Notes under the pieces: model-generated
What the model was told of the DNA's origin: nothing
Database searches by the model: none
Seen by the model: the letters and a program-made list of their open reading frames with translations, nothing else
Assembly (NCBI GenBank): GCA_963797555.1
Contig: CAWCPV010000009.1
Location: forward strand, 293,049-357,048
DNA length: 64,000 bases
Reading direction: 5' to 3'
Source of the DNA: an uncultured Gammaproteobacteria bacterium
GTDB lineage: Bacteria > Pseudomonadota > Gammaproteobacteria > CAWCPV01
Position numbers and translations under genes: made by a program
Part shown: one piece after another, positions 45,920 through 56,267 of the stretch
Layout of the letters: every line of letters starts with the position of its first letter
Position numbering within the stretch: position 1 is the stretch's first letter

Positions 45920-46153
45920 ATGCCGCCGAGTCGACAGGTCGACCTGGTTGGTCAGGATGTCACCGTGAACAGTCATCTCGACGTTCTTCATGCGCACTCC
46001 TCGGGACGCGGATCTCTCCGGACCGCCCCTCCGGGGGGCCTCTCAGCCCACGAGGTCGTGGCCTGGAATCCCTTTCCCGGCAGCACTGATGACCTCGTTC
46101 TGCGCGTTCTGCGAGCCCAACTTCATCGTCAGTCTTTAAGCTCGGGGGCATGA
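45920..46153 (+). CDS. Small hypothetical protein (alternative start 45916 gives a 57-aa ORF in another frame)
   Basis: Strong RBS AAAGGAGG about 45 bp downstream of sigma54 promoter; frame ambiguous. Confidence 0.4.
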   Translation: MPPSRQVDLVGQDVTVNSHLDVLHAHSSGRGSLRTAPPGGLSAHEVVAWNPFPGSTDDLVLRVLRAQLHRQSLSSGA

Positions 46154-46219
46154 TGTCACGCGCTTCGGCCTCGCCGTCGGGCAACCGTGTGTTCCGGGCA
46201 CCTACCCAGGAGGTTCGCG

Positions 46220-46333
46220 ATGTTCGCATTGGACGCCTTCACTCTCTCGGGCATTCTCGTGGCAGTCACGGTGGCACTGGTCGTCGCGTGCTGCAGCTCT
46301 GCGAAATGCCGCCTCTGCGGCACCGGCAAATGA
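46220..46333 (+). CDS. 37-aa single-TM protein with Cys-rich tail
   Basis: CAGGAGG RBS 6 nt before ATG; MFALDAFTLSGILVAVTVALVVACCSSAKCRLCGTGK. Confidence 0.55.
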   Translation: MFALDAFTLSGILVAVTVALVVACCSSAKCRLCGTGK

Positions 46334-46345
46334 TGGCGAGCCGTC

Positions 46346-46447
46346 ATGGACAAGGACCGCCACCGCCTCGGGCTCGCCTTGCTGGCGAGCGGCTTGGTGC
46401 TCGGGGTTTTCATCGCCGTCATTGTCATCGCCGCCCCAGGCACGTAA
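46346..46447 (+). CDS. 33-aa single-TM protein
   Basis: MDKDRHRLGLALLASGLVLGVFIAVIVIAAPGT; 12 bp after previous stop; weak RBS. Confidence 0.45.
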   Translation: MDKDRHRLGLALLASGLVLGVFIAVIVIAAPGT

Positions 46448-46946
46448 CAGCCGCAAAAAACGACAGGTCTCCGCTCCCGTGCGGCTGTGACTGCCTCGGG
46501 GATCGGGGTTCGACGCCAGCTTGAGCCTTAACCAGATCTCGCCTGGAGATCGGCGTGGCAAGGTCCATCCTGTAAAGGAAGAGTATTCGACCTTTTTCCA
46601 TGTCGGCAGCGACTCGGAGGACCAAGCCATAGGAGTTAGCCACCTTACTCATTCCCGTCCTTGCGTTGTCCCTTGCTGGCTGCGGCACTGAGATTGGCGT
46701 GCTGGCGGTCTGCCGAGGTAGGCCGCCCCGGCTTCCGGTGCCGCCGTGGTAGCGTATAACCACTCGAACACTTCGTAGCTCATGGCTACACCGCTACCGC
46801 TTTCTTCTTCGCCTACCACGGGCCGCGGCAGCTCGGCCTGGATCTGGCAGCCGTTCGGAGTTGAGCGACCTCGCGGCGCATCCACGACGCGCGCATCAAC
46901 AGGCGCTCAGGTGAGGCGCCGCGGACCGCACCGCTCCTCGCGTGTT

Positions 46947-48767
46947 TCAGCGGGCGCCCTGGTTCCGGTGGCTCTGCCGGGCGTCCTCGGGTGAGCAGAA
47001 CAGTCGCCTGTCTCGTTGGGACAACCCGTGACCGGGCGCCTTCTCCACCAGTCGATAGGGAGGAAGGGGCGGCAGGGGCGGCGGCGTGCGGGAGCATCCG
47101 GGGTCTGCGGCATCGATGAGCCCGTCGAAATCGTCGTCCATGCCATCGGAGCACGCCGTCGGGGAGTCGTGCGACTCCGGGTCCGGCCGTCCCACGAGCC
47201 ATTTGTCCGGGATCGAGCGCCACAGCCGCTCGAAGAAACGCTCGACGCGGGCGGCGACGTTGCGGCTGTCCACAATCAGCACGTTCTCGTCGTTCTCCTT
47301 GTCTCCCGCGCGGGTCCAGTTCATCGACCCGAGCACGGTGAAGCGGCCGTCGACCACGGCCGTCTTCATGTGCATCTTCCCGCCCCAGTTCTCCACCTTG
47401 ACCGGGATGCCGGCGGCGCGCAGCAGCTCGTGCTTGCTATAGCCGTTGACGGCGCTCGTCGCGTCGACGATCACGCGGACGCGCACGCCGCGGCGGGCGG
47501 CCTGGATGATCTCGCGGGCGAGCGCCTGGTGGGTGAGAAAGAACATCGCGACACTGATCGATTGTCTCGCTCCCTGCAGCAGCGGCAGCAGCTCGCGCTC
47601 TACCACGTCCCCCTGAGGGGAGAAGGCGAGTCTCGCCGAGGTCCCGTCCCCGAAGCGCACGTGCAGGCTCTCCCGGACGTGCGCTGCCTTCTCCCGGTGA
47701 AACCGCCCCCGGCTGTACATCTCATCGAATTCATCGGCGTACCACTGGGCGACCGGCTCGGAGTCGATGACGGCCACGGCGTTGGCATGGTAGCCTCCCG
47801 TTCCCGAGTCGCTCACGTTCGCCGAGCCGGTCCATACGTACCGACCGTCGAAGACGAAGAACTTGTGGTGCATGACGTTGCCCTCGAACACCGCGGGCTC
47901 CAGGCTGGCTTGACCGGCCAGAAGGCAGCGAGTGCCGAGGTCGTAGCCCACGCACTGGAGCGGCCCCCGAAAACCCGCGGGACGCTCGCACCAGGGTCGG
48001 GACTTGTTGTGTTCGGGGCGTGCGCGCTCGGAGGCCTCGAGGTCTTGGAGGTAGTCCGTGCGCACCGTGCCGATGGCGGCGATGAGGGCATCCGTATCGC
48101 GATAATAGCTCTGGTTCCGGATGTCCTTGTCCACCACACCCCGGACGCGCACGCCGCGCTGTTTCGCCTCGACCAGGGCGTTCAGAATCGCGGGCTGGGC
48201 CCGCAGGCCGTAGATCGCGAAGTCGATGGTCCGCCTCGCCCCGTTGATCAGGCGAAGCAGTTCCCGGCAGATGTCGGCCTTGCACTCCTGGGAGGGACCT
48301 CGTGCCTTCAGGGGCGAATTCAGCAGCACCTTCAGCGAGCCGACTGTTCGGGTCCGTTCGGAGCGGGATGGCTTACCTCGGTAGGCGGCGTCTTTCAGCG
48401 CGATCTGGTCGGGTGTCCGAGCCACGATCTCTGGTCTGCCTTTGTACGCGTCGACCCGGCCGATGACGCAGATGTTCTTGCCCTTGTACAGCGACACGGG
48501 CGGACCTGGAAAAGCGGGCTGATCGCGACCGAAGATGACGACCGTGAAGGTCTCGTTCGGATGCGGCTTGCCCATGTCGAGGAACATGGGCTCTCCGCGG
48601 CTGTGTTGCGCGTGGTAAGTGTCGACCACGGTTCCACACACCGTCCGCATCTCGCCGACATGACGGCGGGCCTCCGCCGCACTCGTCAGCTCTGCGGCGA
48701 GCGGAGAACGGGCGGCAAGGGCCGTGCAGACGAGCCCGAGGGCGAGAATGTATCGTCCGGAGATCAA
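46947..48767 (-). CDS. Secreted phospholipase D-family (Nuc-like) protein with N-terminal OB fold
   Basis: Signal peptide; HHKFFVFD...TGSAN and HMKTAVVD...GSMN HKD motifs; CSDGMDDDFDGLIDAADPGC motif. Confidence 0.85.
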   Translation of the reverse strand: MISGRYILALGLVCTALAARSPLAAELTSAAEARRHVGEMRTVCGTVVDTYHAQHSRGEPMFLDMGKPHPNETFTVVIFGRDQPAFPGPPVSLYKGKNICVIGRVDAYKGRPEIVARTPDQIALKDAAYRGKPSRSERTRTVGSLKVLLNSPLKARGPSQECKADICRELLRLINGARRTIDFAIYGLRAQPAILNALVEAKQRGVRVRGVVDKDIRNQSYYRDTDALIAAIGTVRTDYLQDLEASERARPEHNKSRPWCERPAGFRGPLQCVGYDLGTRCLLAGQASLEPAVFEGNVMHHKFFVFDGRYVWTGSANVSDSGTGGYHANAVAVIDSEPVAQWYADEFDEMYSRGRFHREKAAHVRESLHVRFGDGTSARLAFSPQGDVVERELLPLLQGARQSISVAMFFLTHQALAREIIQAARRGVRVRVIVDATSAVNGYSKHELLRAAGIPVKVENWGGKMHMKTAVVDGRFTVLGSMNWTRAGDKENDENVLIVDSRNVAARVERFFERLWRSIPDKWLVGRPDPESHDSPTACSDGMDDDFDGLIDAADPGCSRTPPPLPPLPPYRLVEKAPGHGLSQRDRRLFCSPEDARQSHRNQGAR

Positions 48768-49093
48768 GCTGCACCAGAGCCTGGCTGTCTTCGCAACAGG
48801 TAGCTGTGGAACGAGGTCCCGGGAAGACCCATGGTATCCGTTCGGGCCCGCGCCTTACGAGCGCATTCGGCCATGCCGTTCGCCGCGGGCTGCGGCGGTC
48901 GTCACAGAAATGTTACGTTTCCGTGAAGCCGGCGTGACCGGCCGCGACCATCATGTTCGCGGAGGAGGGCCGTGAACGGGCGCGGTCCCCGCGGTCGTGG
49001 GGCGGCCGCAGCGCAGCCGCCGCTAGCCGGCAGGCGGTGCGGGGACGCAGTATCCGCCCGTTCTTTCAAGCGCGAGGGATAGAGGGTCGAATC

Positions 49094-51802
49094 ATGGCAG
49101 ACAAGCGTTCGCTGAATGCAGAGCGCGAGCGGCTGGAGGCGCAGCGCGAGGGCAAGGAGAACTGGCGGCTGTGGGGCCCCTACCTCTCCGAGCGCGCTTG
49201 GGGCTCGGTGCGCGAGGACTATAGCGCCTATGGCAGCGCCTGGGAGTACTTGGACCACGACCAGGCGCGGTCGCGTGCGTACCGCTGGAGCGAGGACGGC
49301 CTGGGCGGGATCTGCGACGAGCAGCAGCGTCTGTGTCTCGCGCTCGCCCTATGGAACGGGCGCGACCCCATCCTGAAGGAGCGCGCCTTCGGGCTCGCCG
49401 GCAACCAGGGCGTGCACGGCGAGGACGTGAAGGACGTCTACTTCTACCTGGATGCGACCCCCAGCCACAGCTACCTCCGCTACCTCTACAAGTACACGCA
49501 GAAGGAGTACCCGTACGGGTGGTTCGTGGCTGAAGCAGCGCGCCGCAGCCGCACGGACCCGCCGGTGAGCGTGTTCGAGTCCGGCATGTTCGAGGAGAGC
49601 CGGTACTGGGACGTCGAGGCCACGTACGCGAAGGCGGACCCGGAGACCATCCGGGTGCGCATCAGCGTCGCCAACCGCGGTCCGGAGACCGCGACGCTCC
49701 ACCTGCTGCCCACCCTGTGGTTCCGCAACACCTGGTCCTGGGGCGATGAGGCGGTCGAGCGCCCCCTGCTCCAGGCCGTCCAGGCGCCGCCGGGTGCCGC
49801 GTGGGCGGTGGAGGCCGGTCACCCCACGCTGGGCACCTATCACTTGTATGGCCGCCAGCGTGCCACAACGCTCTACACCGAGAACGAGAGCAACGCGGAG
49901 CGGCTGTGGGGCCAAGCCAGCCGCACGCCGTTCGTGAAGGACGCCTTCCACCGCCGGGTCATCCAGGGTGATAAGGAGGCGGTCAAACCACAGCAGCAGG
50001 GCACGCGGTTTGCGGCCTGGCACGTCCTCACCTTGGGGCCGAGCGAGCAGGCCAGCATAGACCTGGCGCTGACCGCCAAGGCCGGCGACAGCCCTTTCGC
50101 CGGCGGCGAGGTCATCTTCTCGAAGCGCCAGTCCGAGGCCACCGTCTTCTACGACGAGCTGCAGCCGGATGTGAGCCCCGAGGATCACCGCATCTTGCGC
50201 CAGTCCCTGGCCGGCATGATCTGGGGCAAGCAGTTCTTCCACTACGACGTGGCGCGCTGGCTGGACGGCGACCAGTTGCCGCCGCCCGAGGCCCGCAGGT
50301 ACGGCCGCAACCGGACCTGGCGCCACTTCAAGGCGGCGGACGTAATCTCCATGCCGGATACCTGGGAGTACCCCTGGTTCGCCGCCTGGGACTTGGCCTT
50401 CCACTGTGCGGCGTTGTCCCTCGTGGACGTGGATTTTGCCAAGGGCCAGATCGAGCTGATGCTGAGGGAGAACTACCTCCACCCCAACGGCCAGATCCCG
50501 GCCTACGAGTGGGCCTTCGGGGACGTGAACCCGCCGGTGCACGCCTGGGCGGCGCTCAAGGTGTTCCGCGCCGAGCGGGTGCAGCGCGGCAAGCCCGACC
50601 TGGACTTCCTGCAGCGGGTGCTGCACAAGCTCCTCATGAATTACACGTGGTGGCTGAACCGCAAGGATGCGGATGGGCACAACGTGTTCGAGGGTGGGTT
50701 CCTGGGACTGGACAACATCTCGGTGTACGACCGCTCCCAGCCGCTGCCCCCCGGCTACGCTCTGAAGCAGGCCGACGCCACGGGCTGGATGGCGATGCTG
50801 GCGTTGAACATGACGGTGATGGCGCTGGAGCTTGCGACCGAGGACCGCGACTACGAAGACATCGCCGTCCAGTGCCTGACCCAGTTCTTCGCCATCGCCA
50901 ACGCCATCGCCGGTCACGCCTGGCACGGGGAGTCCCTGTGGGACCCCCTGGACGGGTTCTTCAAGGACCTGATCGTAACGCCCGACGGACAGTCGCACCG
51001 CATCGACGTGTTCTCGTGGGTGGGCATCATCCCCCTGTTCGCCTGCGAGATCGTCGATGCCCGCCTGCTCGCCAACGCGCCGCGATTCAAGGCGGTGCTT
51101 GGGCGCCACGGGGGCGGGCTGTTCGACGGCCATTATATCTGCGCCTGCCCGGAGCACACCAACGAACGGGGCGAGCACCTGCTCTCGCTGGTGGACCACA
51201 CCATGCTGCCGCACATACTGAAGCGCCTGCTGAACGAGGAGGAGTTCCTGTCTCCTTACGGCATCCGCAGCGTGAGCAAGATCCACGCGACGCGCCGCGA
51301 CCTGGGGGTGATCCCGGGGATCGGCACCGCGATGATCGAGTACCTGCCGGGCGAATCCAACAGCGGACTCTTCGGCGGCAACTCCAACTGGCGGGGGCCG
51401 GTCTGGATGCCGACCAACTACATGCTGGTGCAGGCCCTGGAGAAGTACCACCGCTACCTCGGCGACAGCTACCGGGTGCCGGTGCCGTGCGCGAACGACC
51501 GGGAGCTCAGCCTGGCCCAGATATCCAGACTCATCTCCGACCGGCTGGTCGGAATGTTCCGGCGCGGGGCGGACGGACGCATCCCCGCGCTGCCGCCGAA
51601 CAGTCCCTTCCAGCGCGACCCGCACTGGAAGGACCTGTCGCTGTTCCACGAGTACTTCCACGCCGAGACCGGCCAGGGGCTGGGGGCAGCGCACCAGACG
51701 GGATGGACCGGCCTGGTGGCGAACCTGGTGATGCGGCACTACCGTACGGACATTCCAGAGTTCTGGCGCCAGAGGAGACAGCCGGCCACCGCCGCGGCCT
51801 GA
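49094..51802 (+). CDS. GH63/MGH1-like glucosidase
   Basis: WGPYLSERAWG.VREDYS, MPDTWEYPWFAAWDLAFH, GGNSNWRGPVW, GAAHQTGWTG. Confidence 0.92.
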   Translation: MADKRSLNAERERLEAQREGKENWRLWGPYLSERAWGSVREDYSAYGSAWEYLDHDQARSRAYRWSEDGLGGICDEQQRLCLALALWNGRDPILKERAFGLAGNQGVHGEDVKDVYFYLDATPSHSYLRYLYKYTQKEYPYGWFVAEAARRSRTDPPVSVFESGMFEESRYWDVEATYAKADPETIRVRISVANRGPETATLHLLPTLWFRNTWSWGDEAVERPLLQAVQAPPGAAWAVEAGHPTLGTYHLYGRQRATTLYTENESNAERLWGQASRTPFVKDAFHRRVIQGDKEAVKPQQQGTRFAAWHVLTLGPSEQASIDLALTAKAGDSPFAGGEVIFSKRQSEATVFYDELQPDVSPEDHRILRQSLAGMIWGKQFFHYDVARWLDGDQLPPPEARRYGRNRTWRHFKAADVISMPDTWEYPWFAAWDLAFHCAALSLVDVDFAKGQIELMLRENYLHPNGQIPAYEWAFGDVNPPVHAWAALKVFRAERVQRGKPDLDFLQRVLHKLLMNYTWWLNRKDADGHNVFEGGFLGLDNISVYDRSQPLPPGYALKQADATGWMAMLALNMTVMALELATEDRDYEDIAVQCLTQFFAIANAIAGHAWHGESLWDPLDGFFKDLIVTPDGQSHRIDVFSWVGIIPLFACEIVDARLLANAPRFKAVLGRHGGGLFDGHYICACPEHTNERGEHLLSLVDHTMLPHILKRLLNEEEFLSPYGIRSVSKIHATRRDLGVIPGIGTAMIEYLPGESNSGLFGGNSNWRGPVWMPTNYMLVQALEKYHRYLGDSYRVPVPCANDRELSLAQISRLISDRLVGMFRRGADGRIPALPPNSPFQRDPHWKDLSLFHEYFHAETGQGLGAAHQTGWTGLVANLVMRHYRTDIPEFWRQRRQPATAAA

Positions 51803-51827
51803 GCCGGGCGACGGCCAGAGACCCGGC

Positions 51828-53171
51828 GTGGACGCGCGACGCATCGTCATCGTGGGCGGGGGGTTCGCCGGGTCGACGCTCGCCCGGTGCCTGGAACGGA
51901 CGCTGCCGAGTGACTCGGAGCTGTTCCTGCTGAGCCAGGACAACTGCATCACATACACGCCACTGCTCCCCGAAGTGGTCGGGGCCTCCCTCCAGCCCGG
52001 CCATGCGGTCGCACCGCTGCGGGTGATGCTCAAGCGCACGCGGTTCATGATGGTGACTGTGAGCGACATCGACCTGGAGGCCCGCGAGGTCCACTACCTG
52101 GGGGAGGGCGCCGGGGTCATCCGCTACGACCACTTGGTGCTGGCGTGCGGTACGATGGGCGATCTCGACGTGGTGCCGGGGATGGCGCGCTACGCGCTGC
52201 CGCTCAAGACGCTGGGCGATGCCCACTTCTTGCGCAACCGCGTGATCGTGCGCATGGAGCAGGCGCAACTGCAGCCCGACCCGGACGCCCGGCGCTGGCT
52301 CACCTCCTTCATCGTCGTGGGGGGCGGCTTCAGCGGTGTGGCGGTGGCCGGCGCGATCGGCCGCTTTCTGGATTCCGCTCGGCGCTACTACAGCGGCCTG
52401 AGCCCGGAGGACGGGCGGGTGGTCCTTCTGCACGGCGGATACCGGCTCCTTCCGGAGCTGTCGCCCAGCCTGGGGAAACTCGCCCTGACGAAGATGCGCA
52501 AGCACGTGGACGTGCGCCCGGATACCTTCGTGATCGCCGTCGACCCGCAGGGCGTGCGTCTGGAATCCGGGGACGAAGTGCGTGGCGGGACCGTCATCTG
52601 TACCATCGGCACCGCGCCCAGCCCGCTGCTCGCCGAGCTGCCGCTGCCCAGGGAGCGCGGCCGTGTCCGCACCGCGCCCGATATGTCGGTGCCCCGGTTC
52701 CCGGGTGTCTGGGCACTCGGTGACTGCGCCTCTGTGCCCAACGGCCATGACCATCGCCCTTCTCCTCCGACCGCCCAGTTCGCCGCCCGCCAGGCGCGGC
52801 AACTCGCCGACAACCTGCGCCGTGCGCTCCAGGGCGTCCCGACTCGGCCGTTCTCCTTCCGGCCCCGGGGCCAGATGTCCTCCATCGGCCACACCAACGC
52901 GGTGGCGAAGGTGTTCGGAGTGCGCATCTCCGGATTCGTCGCGTGGCTGCTGTGGCGCGGGGTGTACCTGATGAAGATGCCGACGCTGGCTCGCAAGATC
53001 GAGCTCTATTTCGAATGGAATTGGGAGCTGCTGTTCCCGCCGGACTTGGCCCACATGGGGTTTGCGCGCACCCGGCGCGGCGCGAAGCAGGTGCAGATCC
53101 GCCCGAAGGAAGAGCACAGGCATGCATTCATGAGGAACGCCGAGACAGGGGCGTCGCGTCGTGATCGATGA
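51828..53171 (+). CDS. Type II NADH dehydrogenase-family FAD oxidoreductase
   Basis: GGGFAG, YTPLLPEV, VVGGGFSG, ALGDCA, PPTAQFA. Confidence 0.9.
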   Translation: MDARRIVIVGGGFAGSTLARCLERTLPSDSELFLLSQDNCITYTPLLPEVVGASLQPGHAVAPLRVMLKRTRFMMVTVSDIDLEAREVHYLGEGAGVIRYDHLVLACGTMGDLDVVPGMARYALPLKTLGDAHFLRNRVIVRMEQAQLQPDPDARRWLTSFIVVGGGFSGVAVAGAIGRFLDSARRYYSGLSPEDGRVVLLHGGYRLLPELSPSLGKLALTKMRKHVDVRPDTFVIAVDPQGVRLESGDEVRGGTVICTIGTAPSPLLAELPLPRERGRVRTAPDMSVPRFPGVWALGDCASVPNGHDHRPSPPTAQFAARQARQLADNLRRALQGVPTRPFSFRPRGQMSSIGHTNAVAKVFGVRISGFVAWLLWRGVYLMKMPTLARKIELYFEWNWELLFPPDLAHMGFARTRRGAKQVQIRPKEEHRHAFMRNAETGASRRDR

Positions 53172-53194
53172 AGCCGGCCAGCGTGCAGTGCTCA

Positions 53195-53336
53195 GAGCTT
53201 TGTGAAGAAATCGTCGCGAGCGGTCCGAGAGCAAGGCGCACGGAGCGCAGCGACGAGACATATCAAGTAGATAGGCGAGGAGCGAGCACCGCGCAACGCG
53301 GCTATCGGGACGCGCAGCAGATTTGTTCACAAGCTC
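53195..53336 (-). mobile_element. MITE copy 2 (142 bp)
   Basis: Inverted homolog of 16028-16243 without the insert; flanked by direct TCA. Confidence 0.85.
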
Positions 53337-53433
53337 TCAGGACTTGAGCGGCGCTGAACAGGTGGGCGAGGATATCCTTGTTGGCGCCCCTCGCGTTACC
53401 CTAGACTCCAGGTTGACCCACGGGGACCCTGGC

Positions 53434-54168
53434 ATGAAGCGGAAGCAGATCCATACGCTGTTTGCGCGGCTGCAGGCGGCGAACCCGACGCCCACTACCG
53501 AGCTGCGCTACACGACGCCCTTCGAGTTGCTGGTGGCGGTGATCCTCTCTGCTCAGGCCACCGACGTTGCGGTGAACAGGGCGACCGCGCGCCTGTTTCG
53601 CGTGGCCGGCACGCCCGAGGCGATGGAGCGGCTCGGTGAGGAGGGGCTCGCGGAGCACATCAAGTCCATCGGCCTGTATAACAGCAAGGCCAGGCACATC
53701 ATCCGGATGAGCCGGCTGCTGCTGGAAAGGCACGAGGGCCAAGTGCCCCGCTCCCGCGAGGCATTGGAAGCCCTGCCCGGGGTCGGTCGCAAGACCGCCA
53801 ACGTGGTCCTGAACACGGCCTTCGGGGAGTCCACTATCGCCGTGGACACCCACATCCTGCGCGTGGCCAACCGCACCGGACTGGCGCCGGGCAAGACCCC
53901 CAAGGAGGTGGAGACGGGCCTTTCCAGGCGGGTCCCCGCGCAGTTCCGGCGGCACGCCCACCACTGGCTGATTCTCCACGGGCGCTACGTCTGTACCGCG
54001 CGCAGGCCGCGCTGCTGGGAGTGCCCGATCGAGGATCTGTGCGAATACCCCGCCAAGAACCTCGTGCTACCAGGCCCGGCGTCGGCGCGGGGAAGATCTC
54101 GCGGCACCGCGGGGAGCGCGCAGGCTGCCGCCTCCGGCGTCGCCGGCGCAGGTGAGCCGTCCGCATGA
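53434..54168 (+). CDS. nth: Endonuclease III
   Basis: LSAQATD, LPGVGRKTANV, AVDTH, C-X6-C-X2-C-X5-C. Confidence 0.95.
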   Translation: MKRKQIHTLFARLQAANPTPTTELRYTTPFELLVAVILSAQATDVAVNRATARLFRVAGTPEAMERLGEEGLAEHIKSIGLYNSKARHIIRMSRLLLERHEGQVPRSREALEALPGVGRKTANVVLNTAFGESTIAVDTHILRVANRTGLAPGKTPKEVETGLSRRVPAQFRRHAHHWLILHGRYVCTARRPRCWECPIEDLCEYPAKNLVLPGPASARGRSRGTAGSAQAAASGVAGAGEPSA

Positions 54169-54233
54169 CAGGCCCCGGTTGCCGGGCGCACCGCAACCAC
54201 GCGGTGCGTTGAAACGCAGCGGAGTGCCGAGCG

Positions 54234-54672
54234 ATGTTGTTTCCCCAGGACCGCGGGCAGGCGCGCGCCGTATTCCAGCGTAGCTGGCGCAAGTACCTCG
54301 AGGGCATCCCCTTGGAGCCGCTGGAGGCGGTGGTCGTGGACGTGGTGTTGCGCCACCCCGAGTTCCATGGCGTCCTGACGGCGCAGGACGTCAACGAATG
54401 CGACACCCTGGTCGAGCCTGGGGAGGGCAACCCGTTCCTGCACCTGGGCCTGCACGTGGCGGTCCAAGAACAGAATCGCGAGCGCCCGCCCGCCCGGGAT
54501 GCGCGAGCTGCACGCGCGCCTCGTGGAGAAATGGCGCGATGCGCACGAGGCCGAGCACCGCATGATGGAGTGTCTGCTCGAAGTGCTGCGGGCAGGCATG
54601 GCGGCCGGGCGAGCCCCGGACGAGGCCAGATACCTGGAGTGCGTGCGACGCCGCGCTGGAATCCCGCGCTGA
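54234..54672 (+). CDS. DUF1841 family protein, apparent frameshift near 54490
   Basis: HPEFH, NPFLHLGLH; HEAEHRMMECL and YLEC in the shifted frame after a GCCC duplication. Confidence 0.82.
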
Positions 54673-54682
54673 GACGATACGG

Positions 54683-56267
54683 ATGGACGCCGTCGATTGC
54701 AGGCGTGTACCGGCCCCAAGGGGTGGCCACGCCGCGGGTGCAGCGACGCTCGGTCCCGCGCCGCTTGGCCGGAGCCGTCATCGCGGGACGGCGCTACACC
54801 GGCTGGGGCTCGTGTGGGTGGTGGGCGCACTTTCCGCCTGCGCCCTCCAGCCGCCGGTCCCGCCCGGCCCCGCGGCGCAGTGTACGGACTTCTTCCACAC
54901 CATGGACGCCCAGGTGACGAGCGCCGGTGTGCAGGACGTCCAAGCCGCCCGCATTCCCGGATTCCCGTATCTCCGAGTGGACCGCTTCTTGGAGAGCTTC
55001 CGCCCGCTGCCGTCCGGCAGCCCCGAGTACGCCGCCTGGGTGAGCCGGCTGGAGCGCTTGGCCTTGCGCGGATGGGAGATGCGAGCTCGCCAATCTGCCC
55101 GCCGAGGCCCGCCCGCTCATCGAAGCCCGTGTCCCCGCCGGCATGGGTCCGGACCCCATGGACGGCGCTCGACGCTGTGCGGCTCTGCTGCGCGATCGCG
55201 ACCTGGCGACGCCCGACGGGCGCGGGCGCCTCGCCGAGCGGGCAAGAGTGCCCGACGATTACCTGACCTGGGAGCGTGCCCTGGGGCTGTACCCCTTCAC
55301 GGCGCTCGTCTTCGCTTACGGGATCGCCCGCTGGCACGACGAGACGCGGGCGGGCTACGGGCAGCCCGTGGAGAGCTTGCCGGTGCTCGGGCGTCTGCTA
55401 CGCTTCGAGCCTCCCAGGCAGGCTCCGCTGAGCCGGACGGAGGTCGCCCAAATCCTGCGGCGATCTGCCGCCAACCCGCTGCACAGCCCCGAGCCCGCCG
55501 GCGAGGACCGAGAAAGGCTGTTCGCCGCCTTCGCGCCGGTCTGGGAGGTGGATGTCGCGGCGGACGCCGACCGCATCGGTAGTCCCCGATGGGACCAAGG
55601 CCCTTATCCCGGGGTGGGCGTCGCCGTCCCGGTGGTGTATCGCCACCTTTCCCATACTCGCATGGCGCATCAGGTGCTGCTGCAGCTCAGCTACATAGTC
55701 TGGTTTTCGTCGCGGCCCAAGACCTCCTCCTTCGACCTGCTGGGCGGACGGCTGGACGGAATCACCTGGCGGGTGACCCTCGCCCCGGACGGTGTGCCGC
55801 TGATCTACGACACCATCCACAACTGCGGATGCTATCACCTGTTCTTCCCCACCTCCCGAGTGCGGCTCAAGCCGCAGCCTCCGACGGTCGAGGAAACCGC
55901 GTTCGTTCCCCAGCAGGCCCCTGAGACCGATAGGCCATCGGGCGTAATGGTGCGTATCGCCCAGCGCACCCATTACGTGGAGCGAGTGCTGGGCAGGGGA
56001 AGCGGCGGGGACGCGGTCACGTACCGGTTTGCAGACTACGATGAGCTGCGTTCCCTGCCGCGCGGGGCCTCGGGAAGACGCAGCCTGTTCGGTCTCGACG
56101 GCATCGTGCCGGGCAGCGAGCGCGGAGAGCGCTTTTTCTTCTGGCCCACGGGTGTCCCCTGCCCGGGCGCGATGCGCCAGTGGGGGCACCACGCGACGGC
56201 GTTCGTCGGTAGGCGTCACTTCGATGACGCCGATCTCATGGAGCGCTATTTCCTGTGGCAGCCCTGA
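54683..56267 (+). CDS. Conserved hypothetical lipoprotein, apparent frameshift near 55080
   Basis: LSAC lipobox, FPYLRVDRFL; downstream frame LLQLSYIVWF, DTIHNCGCYH, GAMRQWGHHATAFVGRRHFDD; start uncertain. Confidence 0.7.

Noticed and set aside
46425-46885. Minus-strand ORFs between the small-protein unit and the PLD gene
   Set aside because: No clear RBS, motif or protein-like composition.
51531-53330. 599-aa minus-strand ORF starting MNKSAARP (same start at 16034)
   Set aside because: The start lies in the MITE and the rest is antisense to NDH-2; a GC-rich shadow ORF.
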